Positions 21,918 to 32,790 are shown, counted from the first letter of the stretch. The stretch is 64,000 nt of DNA from Alphaproteobacteria bacterium (GCA_965205905.1 CBDBHZ010000013.1:209571-273570); one strand, 5' to 3'. The notes: a model not told the origin generated them from the sequence alone. Numbers and translations: made by a program.

Positions 21918-22686
21918 ATGCTCTTTAGCGGGCAGAAAATATGGCTGATTGGCGCCAGTAGCGGTATCGGCATGGCATTGGCGCATCAGCTTGCAAGAGA
22001 GGGTGCATCGCTTGCATTATCGGCACGGCGCGAGGAAAAATTAAACGCGCTATTGCAGGAATTGGAGGGCGGCAATCATATAGTAAAGCCGCTTGATGTG
22101 GCGCAAATGGAAACAATCGCCGCTACTGCCAAAAGCATCATCACGCATTTCAGCACATTAGATAGCGTGATTTTTCTACCCGCCACTTACACCACCGATG
22201 ATGCGGACACGCAAAACATTAGCGCATATCAATAAGGCGATAGATATTAATTTACGCAGTGTGTTTTATGTGTTAGATGCCGTGTTGCCACAATTTGAAC
22301 AACAAAAATCGGGACAAATTATTTTATGCTCGTCGGTTGCGGGCTATAAGGGGCTACCAAATGGGCAACCCTATTGTGCCACCAAAGCGGCATTGCTGAA
22401 TCTGGCAGAATCCTTACGAATAGATTTACAGCCGAAAAATATTGACGTGAAAGTGATAACACCCGGCTTTGTAAAAACCGAGCTGACTGATAAGAATAAG
22501 TTCCACATGCCAATGCTCATCACGACTGACCAAGCGGCTTCATATATCATCAAAGGCATGGCAAGCAATAAATTTGAGATTCACTTCCCCAAAAAATTCA
22601 CATACATAATGAAGCTGATTAATTTACTGCCCTATCGGCTGTATTTCGGGTTAATGCGTTATGTTAAAAAGAGTCTGAAGGAATGA
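21918..22686 (+). pseudogene. short-chain dehydrogenase/reductase, split by a frameshift near 22198-22235
   Basis: N-terminal ORF with GASSGIGMALA, and a C-terminal ORF with the catalytic Y and K (YCATKAAL). Confidence 0.7.
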
Positions 22687-23943
22687 TGCAACATAATATC
22701 GCCAATCGCACTATTTTTTGTAAAGATAATATTGATATATTGCAAGGCATTGATAGTGAATCGATTGATTTGATTTATCTTGACCCACCTTTTAACAAGA
22801 AGAAAACTTTTACCGCCCCTATTGGTAGCTCTGCAGAGGGTGCCGCGTTTAAGGATATATTCAAGCAAGAAGATGTTAAAAGCGAATGGCTACAAACGAT
22901 TCAGGAAGATAAAGATAATATATTCAATCTGTTAGAGGCGGTTAAAAATATCGAAGGCAAAACTTCTTACAATTTTTGTTATCTTGCCTATATGGCGATT
23001 AGATTGATAGAATGCCATCGCGTGTTAAAAGAGACAGGAAGCCTTTATCTGCATTGCGATTCCACCATGAGCCATTATCTCAAATTATTGCTTGATTGCA
23101 TCTTTGGTGAGAAAGAATTTCCGCAACGAAATTATCTGGGGCTATAGAACGCAAGGGGTTAGCATGAAATGGTGGCCTAGAAAGCACGATAATATCTTTA
23201 TGTATGTGAAAAAGCCGAATTACACTTATACACCAACGATGGAACGGCAACATTATGCCAAGCCATTCAGGCACACAAAAACCGATGATGACGGCAAATT
23301 TTATGCCGATACCTATTTGCGTGATGTATGGGACCATGATGAAACCAAACCTAGAATCAGCCAATCAGCCGAGCGCACGGGTTACCCTACGCAAAAGCCA
23401 TTGGCGTTATTGGAACGCATCATCACTGCATCAAGCAATGAGGGCGATATTGTGCTAGACCCTTTTTGTGGTTGCGCCACCACTTGCGTTGCTGCCGAAC
23501 GGTTGAACCGAAAATGGATTGGCGTTGATGTGTCAGTCAAAGCATTCGAATTGGTGAAAGAAAGATTGGCACACGAAGTAGAATGGGGCGGTAGTCTGTT
23601 TCAGGAAGAATTGGTGGCGTTCCAAACCAAAGCACCGAAGCGCACGGATAGGGGCGAGGATTATATTCTTAAAAAGAGCGTTTATATTATCTCTAACCCG
23701 CAATATCCTGATGATTATAAGGTCGGCATCGCATCTGATGTTCATAGCCGTCTTAATAGCTATCAAACCAGCGACCCTAACCGAAATTATCGGCTTGAAT
23801 ATCATCTGGAAACACCGCATTTCCGCGCCATAGAGGCGTATATTCATCAAAAATACGCTAACAAACATGAATGGGTGCAGGGCGCGTTAAAAAGCATCAT
23901 TGCCGATATTAAAGATAAAGATATGGCAATGAAAAAGGGGTAA
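22683..23943 (+). pseudogene. N6-adenine (beta-class) DNA methyltransferase fused to a T5orf172/GIY-YIG-like C-terminal domain; frameshifted at about 23105-23147
   Basis: DPPF motif in ORF 22683..23147, and the NFRNEIIW and TQKP...LDPFCG motifs in ORF 23092..23943. The frameshift is a +1 within GAGAAAGAA. Confidence 0.7.
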
Positions 23944-24057
23944 CAGCGGTGGATTATCAAAGCCCCGTCAATAATGTTGCATTGCCACCTGATGCGGTGG
24001 TATCGATGCAGATATGACGCTCATGCACAATATGCGCCAGATGCGGAACACCCGTTA

Positions 24058-27000
24058 TCAGCGGAATAATTGCGCCATCGCGCTTGCTAAGTATTTTGGC
24101 ATAATCTTCTGCTTTTTACCCCAATAAATCACAGCATGGAAATTCTGCAATTCTAACAATGCTTCAGGCGCGCAGTTTTCCTCAACTGTTACCGCAACAC
24201 CGCCCATTTCGGTAACATGCGCTACTTGCTGATTCACCGAATCTTTAGCACCCAAACATAAAATCGCACCGCGTGGCACGATACGCCAATGGTTGGTCTC
24301 ACCCGTAACGCTTGGCATGGCTTGTTCTGTAATCAACTTCTCTTGCGCCTGCTGATTGGCATTATCAATGGCTTGCTGTAACGCCGCTATATCAAAATCT
24401 TGTTGCCACTCATCATCGATGGTGATGCGTTCGGTTTTGGCAAAATGCGGGACATAAAGCGGCCCACCTGCTTTAGGGCCAGTGCCTGATAACCCCTCAC
24501 CACCAAAGGGTTGACTGCCAACAATCGCGCCAATCTGATTGCGATTCACATAGATATTGCCCACTTTCAAACGGTTTGCAAGATTTTCAATATGCGCGGT
24601 GATACGGCTATGCAAGCCAAATGTTAAGCCAAAGCCTTTATGGTTAATGTCGCTGATAATAGCATCAATCGCATCGCTTTTGAATGTGGCGATATGCAAT
24701 ACAGGTCCGAAAATTTCTTTTTGTAACTCACCGATGCCACTCACTTTTATCAGGCATGGCGCAATAAAAAAGCCACCATCAGGCGCGTTAATTTGATACA
24801 GCAACTTGCCTTGCGCTTGTTGTTCGGCAATATAATCATCAATATTCTGCTTGGCTTTGCCGTCAATCACAGGTCCAATATCGGTGCTTAACTGACACGG
24901 GTCGCCTAATGTTAATTCATCCATCGCGCCTTTTAGCATCTTTAAAAACGAATCCGCGATTTCCTCTTGTAGATACAAACAGCGCAATGCCGAGCACCGT
25001 TGCCCTGTGGATTGAAACGCCGATACCACCACATCACGCACCGCTTGTTCGGGTAGGGCGGTGGAATCCACAATCATCGCATTTAGCCCGCCTGTTTCGG
25101 CAATCAGGGTGGCATCTGCGCTTAAATAATGCGCCATATTATGGCGGATAATCTTTGCCGTATCGGTAGAACCCGTAAACACCACGCCAGAGATTTTTGG
25201 ATTTTGCGTTAATAATGTGCCAATCACTTTGCCCTCACCAATTATCAGCTGTAACACCGCAGGTGGCACGCCCGCTTTGTGCAGTAACTGCACCGCAATA
25301 AAAGCGGTGAGTGATGTTTGTTCCGCAGGCTTTGCCAATACGCCATTGCCCATCGCTAATGCGGCAGCAATCTGCCCTGTGAAAATGGCGAGTGGGAAAT
25401 TCCAAGGCGATATGGCGGTGAATATGCCCCCAGCAAAATCATCTTGTGATGTGCTATTTATCTTTTCGGCTTCATCAGCATAATAGCGTAAAAAATCTAC
25501 CGCTTCGCGTAATTCACCGATAGCATCAGGCAGCGTTTTGCCCGCTTCTTTGGTTAAAACCGCAAATAATAAACCGAAATTTTCCTCATATAAATCAGCG
25601 GCAATTCGCAAAATCGCCGCGCGCTTGTTGGTGCTGATTTGCCATGCTGTTGCATTATCAATCGCTTTGGTTGCGGTTGGCTTATCGGCATAGATGACGG
25701 TCGCAATTTTCTCACCATTGGCAGGATTATTGACCGCAATCACCTCGCCAGTAACACGCTCACCAGTGGCATTGGCGCCCGCAATGATAGGCGACGCATT
25801 GGGGAGCGCAACATTACGGGCATTATCAATCATGGCAAGCGTTTGTTCATCATTAATATCAAAGCCGCGTGAGTTAATCCGCTTTTCACCAAAAATATCA
25901 CCAAAAATATCAGATGGCTTGACTAAACCATCAGGCATTTTTTGCGTTTCCAGTAACACCATCGGGTTACGCACCATCTGTTCAGGCGTAACGTTTTTAT
26001 CCATGATTTGATGCACAAAAGAAGAGTTCGCGCCATTTTCTAACAGCCGCCGCACCAAATAAGCCAGCAAATCAGGATATGCCCCCACTGGTGCGTAGAT
26101 ACGGCTTTTATGCCCTAATTCTTGCACCATAATATCATGCAATGTTTCACCCATGCCATGCAACCGCTGAAACTCAAAATCGCGGCCGTTCGCCAATGCC
26201 AACACCGCCGCCATCGTATGGGCGTTATGGGTGGCTAATTGCGGATAAAGATAATCGCTATAATCAAATAGTTTTTTCACATTGGCAATATAGCTAACAT
26301 CGGTGGCGGCTTTGGTGGTGAATGCAGGAAAATCGGGCGCGCCTTCAATTTGCGACCATTTCATTTCGCTATCCCAATAGGCGCCTTTCACCAACCGCAC
26401 CATGATTTTGCGCTGATGCTTTTTCGCTAGCCGATAAAGCCAATCCAGCACATAAGATGCCCGTTTGCCATAGGCTTGCACCACCACGCCAAAGCCATCC
26501 CACCCTTGCAAATCTTCCGATGCAAATACGGCTTCGATAATTTTCAGCGATAATACCAGCCTTGCTTGTTCTTCTGCATCAATATTAAGCCCGATATTCA
26601 GGTTTTTTGCATGTTTGGCAAGCGCGTGCATGATTGGCACGATTTCCGCCATCACCCGTTTTTCTTGCGCCACTTCGTAACGCGGATGCAATGCCGAAAG
26701 CTTAACCGATATGCCCGCATTATCAATCACATTATCATGCTGGCACGATGCACCGATGGCTTCAATCGCTTGCTGATAAGATTGATAGTAAAAAGCGGCA
26801 TCTTGCGCGGTGATGGCAGCCTCGCCTAACATATCATAGCTATAGGTAAAGCCTTGCGCCTGATATTGAGAGGAATTTTTGAGGGCTTTGCCGATAGTCT
26901 CGCCCAAAATAAACTGCTTACCCATCTGTTGCATGGCAAGGTTTGCGCCATAACGGATGAAAGGCTTGGCAAGCTGCTTAACGATATTGTTTTGCGTTAA

Positions 27001-27378
27001 TAAATATTGCGCCACACATAAGCCCCTTGTGGTGATATTCACCAAAGCCGATGGCGATGCGCTTAAATGTTGTTGCCAATTAAGGGGGATAATTTTATCG
27101 GCAATCAGCCTATCAATGGTTTTATGATCGGGGGTGCGTAGCATGGCTTCGGCAAGGCACATCAGCGCAACACCTTCATATGTGGATAGGCTATATTGCG
27201 CCAGAAAATACTCCATCAAGCCGTGCTTTTTATGGCTTCGCATTTGCGTAACCCAACCAGCGGCATCATCAGAAATTTTCTGCCATATCTGTGGCGATAA
27301 ATCAAGTTGCGCGCCAAGTTTGGCGATCAAATCATGCTCATTGGCATATTTTGCTTGTAATGTAAAATCATCAACCAT
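24058..27378 (-). CDS. putA: bifunctional proline dehydrogenase / pyrroline-5-carboxylate dehydrogenase
   Basis: 1106 aa with an N-terminal PRODH barrel and a C-terminal aldehyde dehydrogenase domain (catalytic ...GQRCSA). Confidence 0.9.
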   Translation of the reverse strand: MVDDFTLQAKYANEHDLIAKLGAQLDLSPQIWQKISDDAAGWVTQMRSHKKHGLMEYFLAQYSLSTYEGVALMCLAEAMLRTPDHKTIDRLIADKIIPLNWQQHLSASPSALVNITTRGLCVAQYLLTQNNIVKQLAKPFIRYGANLAMQQMGKQFILGETIGKALKNSSQYQAQGFTYSYDMLGEAAITAQDAAFYYQSYQQAIEAIGASCQHDNVIDNAGISVKLSALHPRYEVAQEKRVMAEIVPIMHALAKHAKNLNIGLNIDAEEQARLVLSLKIIEAVFASEDLQGWDGFGVVVQAYGKRASYVLDWLYRLAKKHQRKIMVRLVKGAYWDSEMKWSQIEGAPDFPAFTTKAATDVSYIANVKKLFDYSDYLYPQLATHNAHTMAAVLALANGRDFEFQRLHGMGETLHDIMVQELGHKSRIYAPVGAYPDLLAYLVRRLLENGANSSFVHQIMDKNVTPEQMVRNPMVLLETQKMPDGLVKPSDIFGDIFGEKRINSRGFDINDEQTLAMIDNARNVALPNASPIIAGANATGERVTGEVIAVNNPANGEKIATVIYADKPTATKAIDNATAWQISTNKRAAILRIAADLYEENFGLLFAVLTKEAGKTLPDAIGELREAVDFLRYYADEAEKINSTSQDDFAGGIFTAISPWNFPLAIFTGQIAAALAMGNGVLAKPAEQTSLTAFIAVQLLHKAGVPPAVLQLIIGEGKVIGTLLTQNPKISGVVFTGSTDTAKIIRHNMAHYLSADATLIAETGGLNAMIVDSTALPEQAVRDVVVSAFQSTGQRCSALRCLYLQEEIADSFLKMLKGAMDELTLGDPCQLSTDIGPVIDGKAKQNIDDYIAEQQAQGKLLYQINAPDGGFFIAPCLIKVSGIGELQKEIFGPVLHIATFKSDAIDAIISDINHKGFGLTFGLHSRITAHIENLANRLKVGNIYVNRNQIGAIVGSQPFGGEGLSGTGPKAGGPLYVPHFAKTERITIDDEWQQDFDIAALQQAIDNANQQAQEKLITEQAMPSVTGETNHWRIVPRGAILCLGAKDSVNQQVAHVTEMGGVAVTVEENCAPEALLELQNFHAVIYWGKKQKIMPKYLASAMAQLFR

Positions 27379-27482
27379 CTGATGTCGTCCTTGTTATAGA
27401 GTGGGCTATTGATTTTATCATAGCATAAAAAATGCGAATTGCCTATATGATGTTGGTGATGGGGGTGAGGTTTGCACCCCCG

Positions 27483-27660
27483 CTAGTATTAAGCACAGCG
27501 GGGGGGTTATCGTGGGTTGCACCTTATGAGTATTACACACAAGCGGGGGTTGTTAAGGGGGCATTCGCAAGGGAGCGGACGTAAGTCTCGCGACCGAGAA
27601 GCGAATTCGCGCCCCCTTAAATAATAAAGCCCAACTCCGCCCGCCCTATGTGCTACTCTG
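27483..27660. repeat. MITE-like GC/G-tract palindromic repeat copy (reverse orientation)
   Basis: Contains the core gcggacgtaagtctcgcgaccg and terminal cccccc/gggggg tracts. Confidence 0.7.
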
Positions 27661-27943
27661 CATGGGAACAACGAAATCAGGGTAAAACAATACATTTAGC
27701 ACTTATTTTAACCATAAATCCGAACAAACAAAAAGTTATCCACAGGTTTACTACTTTTTCACAAAGTGTTCTTGATTTGTGTAATAAACTTATGGTAGAT
27801 TAGAAATAAGCCCATTGCGCCCCTCAATAACCGAACCGAATGGCAACCAAAAAACTTCACTATTTTTAATTTCCGCATCATGCGTTTGCGGATAACGTAA
27901 CCTTATGCCCAACTTATGGACATTTTATATAGGAGGACTCATT

Positions 27944-29584
27944 ATGAGTGCTATTGACGTCTTAACCCAAAAACTATCAGGCAGTAACAAGCAAAAAGCA
28001 TGTGATTGTTGCGAAAAACTTGCCAAACGGCAATCTGTCTCACCCAATATCGTGAAAGATGCTTATCAGCAAATCAACAAAAGCGCGCCCAATATCACCG
28101 ATAGGCAGGCATGCGATATGCTGATAACCCTATTCGTTAAGGGCGAGGCTTTATCTACCAAAGAAGAGGAAATCTTAAAGTTTCTTAATCAATCAACCAA
28201 AACCATCACCCAAATATCGCAACCCATGCAGTTTGCGCCCATTTTTAACATTGTGCAGAAAACCAAAAACCAACCAAATTATTTCCGCCCATTAGGTAAG
28301 GTGAATCAGTTTTTCAATCATTTAAGCAACCAAGCCGATTTTAAGAAACTGCTAACGGCGGTCGGCTCTTTATCTCTCACCAAGGAAGAAATCACTGAAT
28401 TGATGGCGGCGCAATATCAGCCAAACTATAGCCCTTCATCACGCACCGATGGGTTAATTAAAGCCATTGATAGAGCGGGAAAGCTTTCGGCACTGCCCGA
28501 AAAAGCGTTTCATAATCTCACCACCCATATCGGCAAAAAGTTTAAGTTTAGCGATATTAATATCAAAAATTTGCAGACTATAGAAAGTGGCAATAAAGGC
28601 AACGATGAATTAAATAATGCACTTTACAACGCCTTTCAGGATAAAAGCAATATTCAATATATGCCGAAAAAAACCAGAGAGCTGTTGCAACCCATCCATA
28701 ATGAGATTCTGAAAGCAAAGATGGAGGATTACACTAAAACTATTGGCACACTTAATGTTTCGCCATCGGTGCATACGCGATTACATGGTTATCAGGCTTT
28801 GTTAATCGATATAGAACAGGGCAAGAAAAAGCCTAGTACGGCTGACCTTGAAAAACTTAATTTGCTATATAATGAATTAAAAAGCCTTGGCAAGCTTGAT
28901 GCCATGCCGAACCGCACGCAAGCCTATCTAGAAAATTACCGTCTGGAACAAGATTTGAAGAAGAAAGCCCCGTTGAATGTTGGTAAATTGCTGGAAAAAT
29001 TAAAACGCGGTGAGACATTGGGAGTTTTTCAAGCTTTTTATCTCAGCAGTCATGCGCCAGATGAGCTTAAAAAACACTGGAAAAATGAAAAAAACCAAAA
29101 ACAATTAGAAACATTATCAAAAGATGTGCGTGATAAGGCGGCAGAAATCAAGAATTTAGATAAATCTGCATTGCTTGAGAGTTTCGAGAAAATCATCGAG
29201 CAAATTCGTGCCGAGCAAGGCAGGGCATCTAACCGCAGATTCTATGTTCCTGCATTGGGCGTTTATATCCAACTTACTGGAAATTTTATGGAATTGCGCT
29301 TCAGGAATAAAGATTTTGGCGGAGTATATAAAGAGACGATGAAGCAAGTAATTAAAGATTCAAAAGATAAAAGTTTGGATGAAATTACCAAAAATCTGCA
29401 ACAATTCAAACTTGTCTATCACAGAGGTTTGGATTTTACGGGTGCCAATCTTAAAACCGATGGCAGTGTGCGCTATATCAAGGATAGTGAGGTTAACCCG
29501 ACAATTTCAAAGGTGTTGGATGTTTCAACGAAAACAACAAGAAGTGGCAAAAAAACCAAAGCCATCACTATTTTAGAAATATAA
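27944..29584 (+). CDS. hypothetical protein (546 aa) with no recognisable domain
   Basis: AGGAGG Shine-Dalgarno 7 nt upstream of the ATG at 27944. The ORF is AT-rich and its stop overlaps the next start. Confidence 0.5.
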   Translation: MSAIDVLTQKLSGSNKQKACDCCEKLAKRQSVSPNIVKDAYQQINKSAPNITDRQACDMLITLFVKGEALSTKEEEILKFLNQSTKTITQISQPMQFAPIFNIVQKTKNQPNYFRPLGKVNQFFNHLSNQADFKKLLTAVGSLSLTKEEITELMAAQYQPNYSPSSRTDGLIKAIDRAGKLSALPEKAFHNLTTHIGKKFKFSDINIKNLQTIESGNKGNDELNNALYNAFQDKSNIQYMPKKTRELLQPIHNEILKAKMEDYTKTIGTLNVSPSVHTRLHGYQALLIDIEQGKKKPSTADLEKLNLLYNELKSLGKLDAMPNRTQAYLENYRLEQDLKKKAPLNVGKLLEKLKRGETLGVFQAFYLSSHAPDELKKHWKNEKNQKQLETLSKDVRDKAAEIKNLDKSALLESFEKIIEQIRAEQGRASNRRFYVPALGVYIQLTGNFMELRFRNKDFGGVYKETMKQVIKDSKDKSLDEITKNLQQFKLVYHRGLDFTGANLKTDGSVRYIKDSEVNPTISKVLDVSTKTTRSGKKTKAITILEI

Positions 29585-30264
29585 TGAAAATAACTGATAA
29601 GATGCGGTTAACCAGTTTTAGGCATCTCTCTCAATCCTTTGTTGTAAAAGGGCAAATCATCAGTAGCACCCATAAAATTGGCTCTGTTATGAAAGATGAT
29701 GGCACAAATGAACATTCCCATATTGAACAAAGAATTGTTGATTTTGCCAAAGTAAGAGAAGCAGTAGGCGCAAATAATAAAGAAATCATTAATGATGCCA
29801 TCATCAATTACCTCAACACACATATTGAAAATAAATGGAAGGAGAGACGAAAAGGTGAGTTTAAGCAATCTGAATTTCTAAAAACAATCAATCCCATGTC
29901 GAATATTGGTGAGAAAGATTTTGTTGGTCTATTTGCGCCATCTAGCAATATTGCCAATCAAATCCGCATCTATGCCAAAAAAGATTGGGATGAACGCGCT
30001 AGTAATATTATCAAAGCCAATAATGCCAACACTGTTGACGAAATTTATAAGGCAATTCATAGTGCCACCTTGCGTGATATACTCACCCTAAAAGCCATGA
30101 TTGATGTGCTATTAAGAATGAAATTGATGTTAGAAACAGTTGGTGAAAAAACTGATTTCTTAAACAAGACCATTCAAAAAGCGCAAAAAACGAAACTGGA
30201 TTTAGAGGATTCTTTTGAAAAAATATTTAAAAACATGAAAATCAAATTCATTGAACAAAAATAA
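29584..30264 (+). CDS. hypothetical protein (226 aa), translationally coupled to the upstream ORF
   Basis: ATAATGA stop/start overlap and an AT-rich sequence. Confidence 0.5.
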   Translation: MKITDKMRLTSFRHLSQSFVVKGQIISSTHKIGSVMKDDGTNEHSHIEQRIVDFAKVREAVGANNKEIINDAIINYLNTHIENKWKERRKGEFKQSEFLKTINPMSNIGEKDFVGLFAPSSNIANQIRIYAKKDWDERASNIIKANNANTVDEIYKAIHSATLRDILTLKAMIDVLLRMKLMLETVGEKTDFLNKTIQKAQKTKLDLEDSFEKIFKNMKIKFIEQK

Positions 30265-30302
30265 AATTTGACAAATTTTTTCCTTTCAACTAAGATGGTA
30301 AG

Positions 30303-30867
30303 ATGAAATATAAAGCATCTTACCATACTTTTTTCACTGTTAGCTATTCTAACATACGTTGTGATATTGCCAGTAAAAAATATTAATGCAACTGACGCTG
30401 AAAAAGCTGATGTGCAACATTTATTTTTTAAAACTTTTTTGGACATGACATATTATAGTCTTGGGCTGAATGATAATATGGATATTGCAAAAGAAATTCT
30501 AAAATTAGAAGATTTAATCGCGCAAGGCGCCAACCCAAATAAAAAATTTGTATTCCCTAGTGACAGTGATGGAGAAAGTTTGGTTACACCTATATCTTAT
30601 ATATTTACGACATGTCGTAATGATCATTACATAGAGGATGCTGGTGGTAAAAATTTTTATTTAGAAATTATAAAATTATTGATTGATAATGGCATAGAGT
30701 GGAATGCTAAAATTTATTACGAAAACGATGATGGCACTTCAGGGTCATATACCATTGCCGATAGAATCAGATGGCTAGAAGAAAATCCGAGCAACAAACC
30801 AGAATGTATCGAAGCGCTAGCTTATGTCAAAACCCACCTCAAAGAAAACAACATCATCATTGAATAA
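30303..30867 (+). pseudogene. secreted short ankyrin-repeat-like protein, paralog 1 (N-terminal frameshift)
   Basis: Conserved promoter and hairpin upstream. The ATG at 30303 is followed by a 1-bp insertion (aaatATaaag versus aaatTaaag). The remaining ORF 30361..30867 retains the ANK-like core and the PECIEALAYVKTHLKENNIIIE tail. Confidence 0.55.
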
Positions 30868-30914
30868 TAAAACCTCGCGGTTGCTCAACACAAAAACCGT
30901 GCGTGTCGCGATAC

Positions 30915-31082
30915 ATTAATATATGGTGGGCTTTGCGGAGTTGGTTTATATATCAAGGGGGGTGCGAACGCGCTTTATCGGTCGCGAGACTTACGTCCGC
31001 TTCCTTGCGCTTTCGGTTTGCCCTTGCACCAATGGCGGGCAAACCTCACCCTTAATAATCCCCCCGCTGTGTTTAATACTGG
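30915..31082. repeat. MITE-like repeat copy
   Basis: atatatggtgggctttgcgg...gcgaacgcgctttatcggtcgcgagacttacgtccgc...ccccccgctgtgtttaatact. Confidence 0.7.
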
Positions 31083-31161
31083 CGGTGGAGTGTATCGCCC
31101 CATACCCCCACGAACAAAAATAAAGTTTGACAAATTTTTTCTTTTCAACTAATATGGTAGG

Positions 31162-31795
31162 ATGAAATTAAAGCATCTTACCATATCTTTTTTAACATTC
31201 GCTATTCTATCATATGTTGTATTTATGGTGATAGAAAATAATGCTGTAATAGAAGCTGAAAAAATGGCAGAAGCTAGAAAAATTGAAAAAGCTCTGATAG
31301 CTGAAAAAATGATAGAAGCTAGAAAAATTGAAAAAGCTAATGTGCAAAATTTATTTGATAGACTTTTTACAGAAACGATACGGTATACTTATGGGCTTGA
31401 TTATGATACCGATATTCCAAAAGCAATTTTAAAATTAGAAAATTTAATTGCACAGGGTGCCAATCCAAATAAAAGAATCATACACGCCGTGGATGGTAGT
31501 GGTTATGTGGATACACCTATATCTTATACTTTTCTTGCATGCAATAATGATAGTTATATAGATGATGCTGATGGTAGAAATTTTTATTTAGAAATTATAA
31601 AGTTATTGATTGATAATGGTGTGGATTGGAATGCTAAAAATTATTATGAGAGCGAAGATACTTCAGGAACAACAAACTATTGCTGACACGCTCAAAAGAA
31701 TGGAAGATGAAGCTGAAAAACGTAACCCAGAATGTATCGAAGTGCTAGCTTATGTCAAAAACCACCTCAAAGAAAATAACATCATCATCGAATAA
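31162..31795 (+). pseudogene. secreted short ankyrin-repeat-like protein, paralog 2 (internal frameshift near 31610-31686)
   Basis: Signal anchor, an EARKIEKA repeat insertion, the ANK-like core, then a frame switch into the conserved C-terminus. Confidence 0.55.
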
Positions 31796-31873
31796 TAACC
31801 GATTATTGGGGTTATTCGCAATCAGTGGTAACAGATATTTGACAAACCTAATTCTATAACTTAATATGGTAAG

Positions 31874-32479
31874 ATGAGAGTAAAATACCATCTTACCATA
31901 TTTTTTTCACTATTCGCTATTCTAGCATATGTTGTATTATTGCCAGTCAAGAATATTAATGCAACTGAAGCTAGAAAAGCTAAGGCAATAGAAGCTGAGA
32001 GAATTGCAAAGGCTAGAGAAGCTGATGTGCAAACTTTTTATGAAATTTTTTTAGATATAACGCAAAGTGGTTATGGAATTGATTCTGATATGTATACTGC
32101 AGAAACAATTTCAAGGTTAGAAACTTTAATTGCACAGGGTGTCAACCCAAACAGGAGTTTTGAACTCCCTAGTGACGGTTATGGAAAAGGCTTTGTTACA
32201 CCTATATCTCATATACTTCTTACATGCACTAATGATAGGTACCTAAATGACGCTGATGATAGAAATTTTTATTTAGAGATTATAAAATTATTGATTGATA
32301 GCGGTGTGAAATGGAATGCTAAAAATTCTTATGATGGCTATCATTATGGTGAATCAGGTGAATCAACCATTGCCGATAGCCTAAGATGGACAGAAGAGAA
32401 CGCGCATAAACCAGACTGTCTCGAAGCGATAGATTATGTCAAAACCCACCTCAAAGAAAATAACATCACGCTAGAATAA
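31874..32479 (+). CDS. secreted short ankyrin-repeat-like protein, paralog 3
   Basis: N-terminal hydrophobic anchor, the ANK-like LIAQGVNPN...TPISHILLTC...EIIKLLIDSGVKWNAKN, and a conserved C-terminus. Confidence 0.6.
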   Translation: MRVKYHLTIFFSLFAILAYVVLLPVKNINATEARKAKAIEAERIAKAREADVQTFYEIFLDITQSGYGIDSDMYTAETISRLETLIAQGVNPNRSFELPSDGYGKGFVTPISHILLTCTNDRYLNDADDRNFYLEIIKLLIDSGVKWNAKNSYDGYHYGESGESTIADSLRWTEENAHKPDCLEAIDYVKTHLKENNITLE

Positions 32480-32525
32480 TAAAACCTCGCGGTTACTCAA
32501 CACAAAAACCGTGCGTTTCTCATCA

Positions 32526-32690
32526 CATTAATATATGGGGGCTTTGCGGTTTAGGTTTTATATATCAAGGGGGGGGGCGAACGCATTAATTTATGGGGGG
32601 CTTTGCGGCATACGCTTTGGCGGTTATGTCCGTAGGACAACCGCCACGCGATGACGCCCCCCATACCCCCCACCGCTGTGTTTAATACTC
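32526..32690. repeat. MITE-like repeat copy (variant internal module, G10 tract)
   Basis: Shares termini with the other copies. Confidence 0.6.
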
Positions 32691-32729
32691 ATATCTAGCT
32701 TGCCTTGATAATTCTTACCTAAATAAAAT

Positions 32730-32790
32730 TTGACAAATTTTTTCCTATAACTTAATATGGTAAGATGAAATTAAAGCATCTTACCATATT
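32730..32790 (+). promoter_or_regulatory. conserved promoter (TTGACA-17-TAATAT) plus a start-codon hairpin of ank paralog 4. The same module sits at 30268-30330, 31127-31195 and 31839-31905.
   Basis: Perfect -35 hexamer, 17-bp spacer and a -10 six to seven nt before the ATG. The inverted repeat atggtaagATG...catcttaccat encloses the start codon. Confidence 0.6.

Noticed and set aside
24557-27382. Multiple 60-105-aa ORFs on the plus strand inside putA
   Set aside because: They are antisense to a continuous 1106-aa PutA ORF with strong homology and are typical shadow ORFs.
27507-27695. 62-aa ORF. Similar ORFs lie at 33339..33584, 42414..42728, 53271..53477, 54310..54578 and 60937..61161.
   Set aside because: All lie inside MITE copies and encode near-identical peptides merely because the repeat is identical. 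They have no RBS or context.
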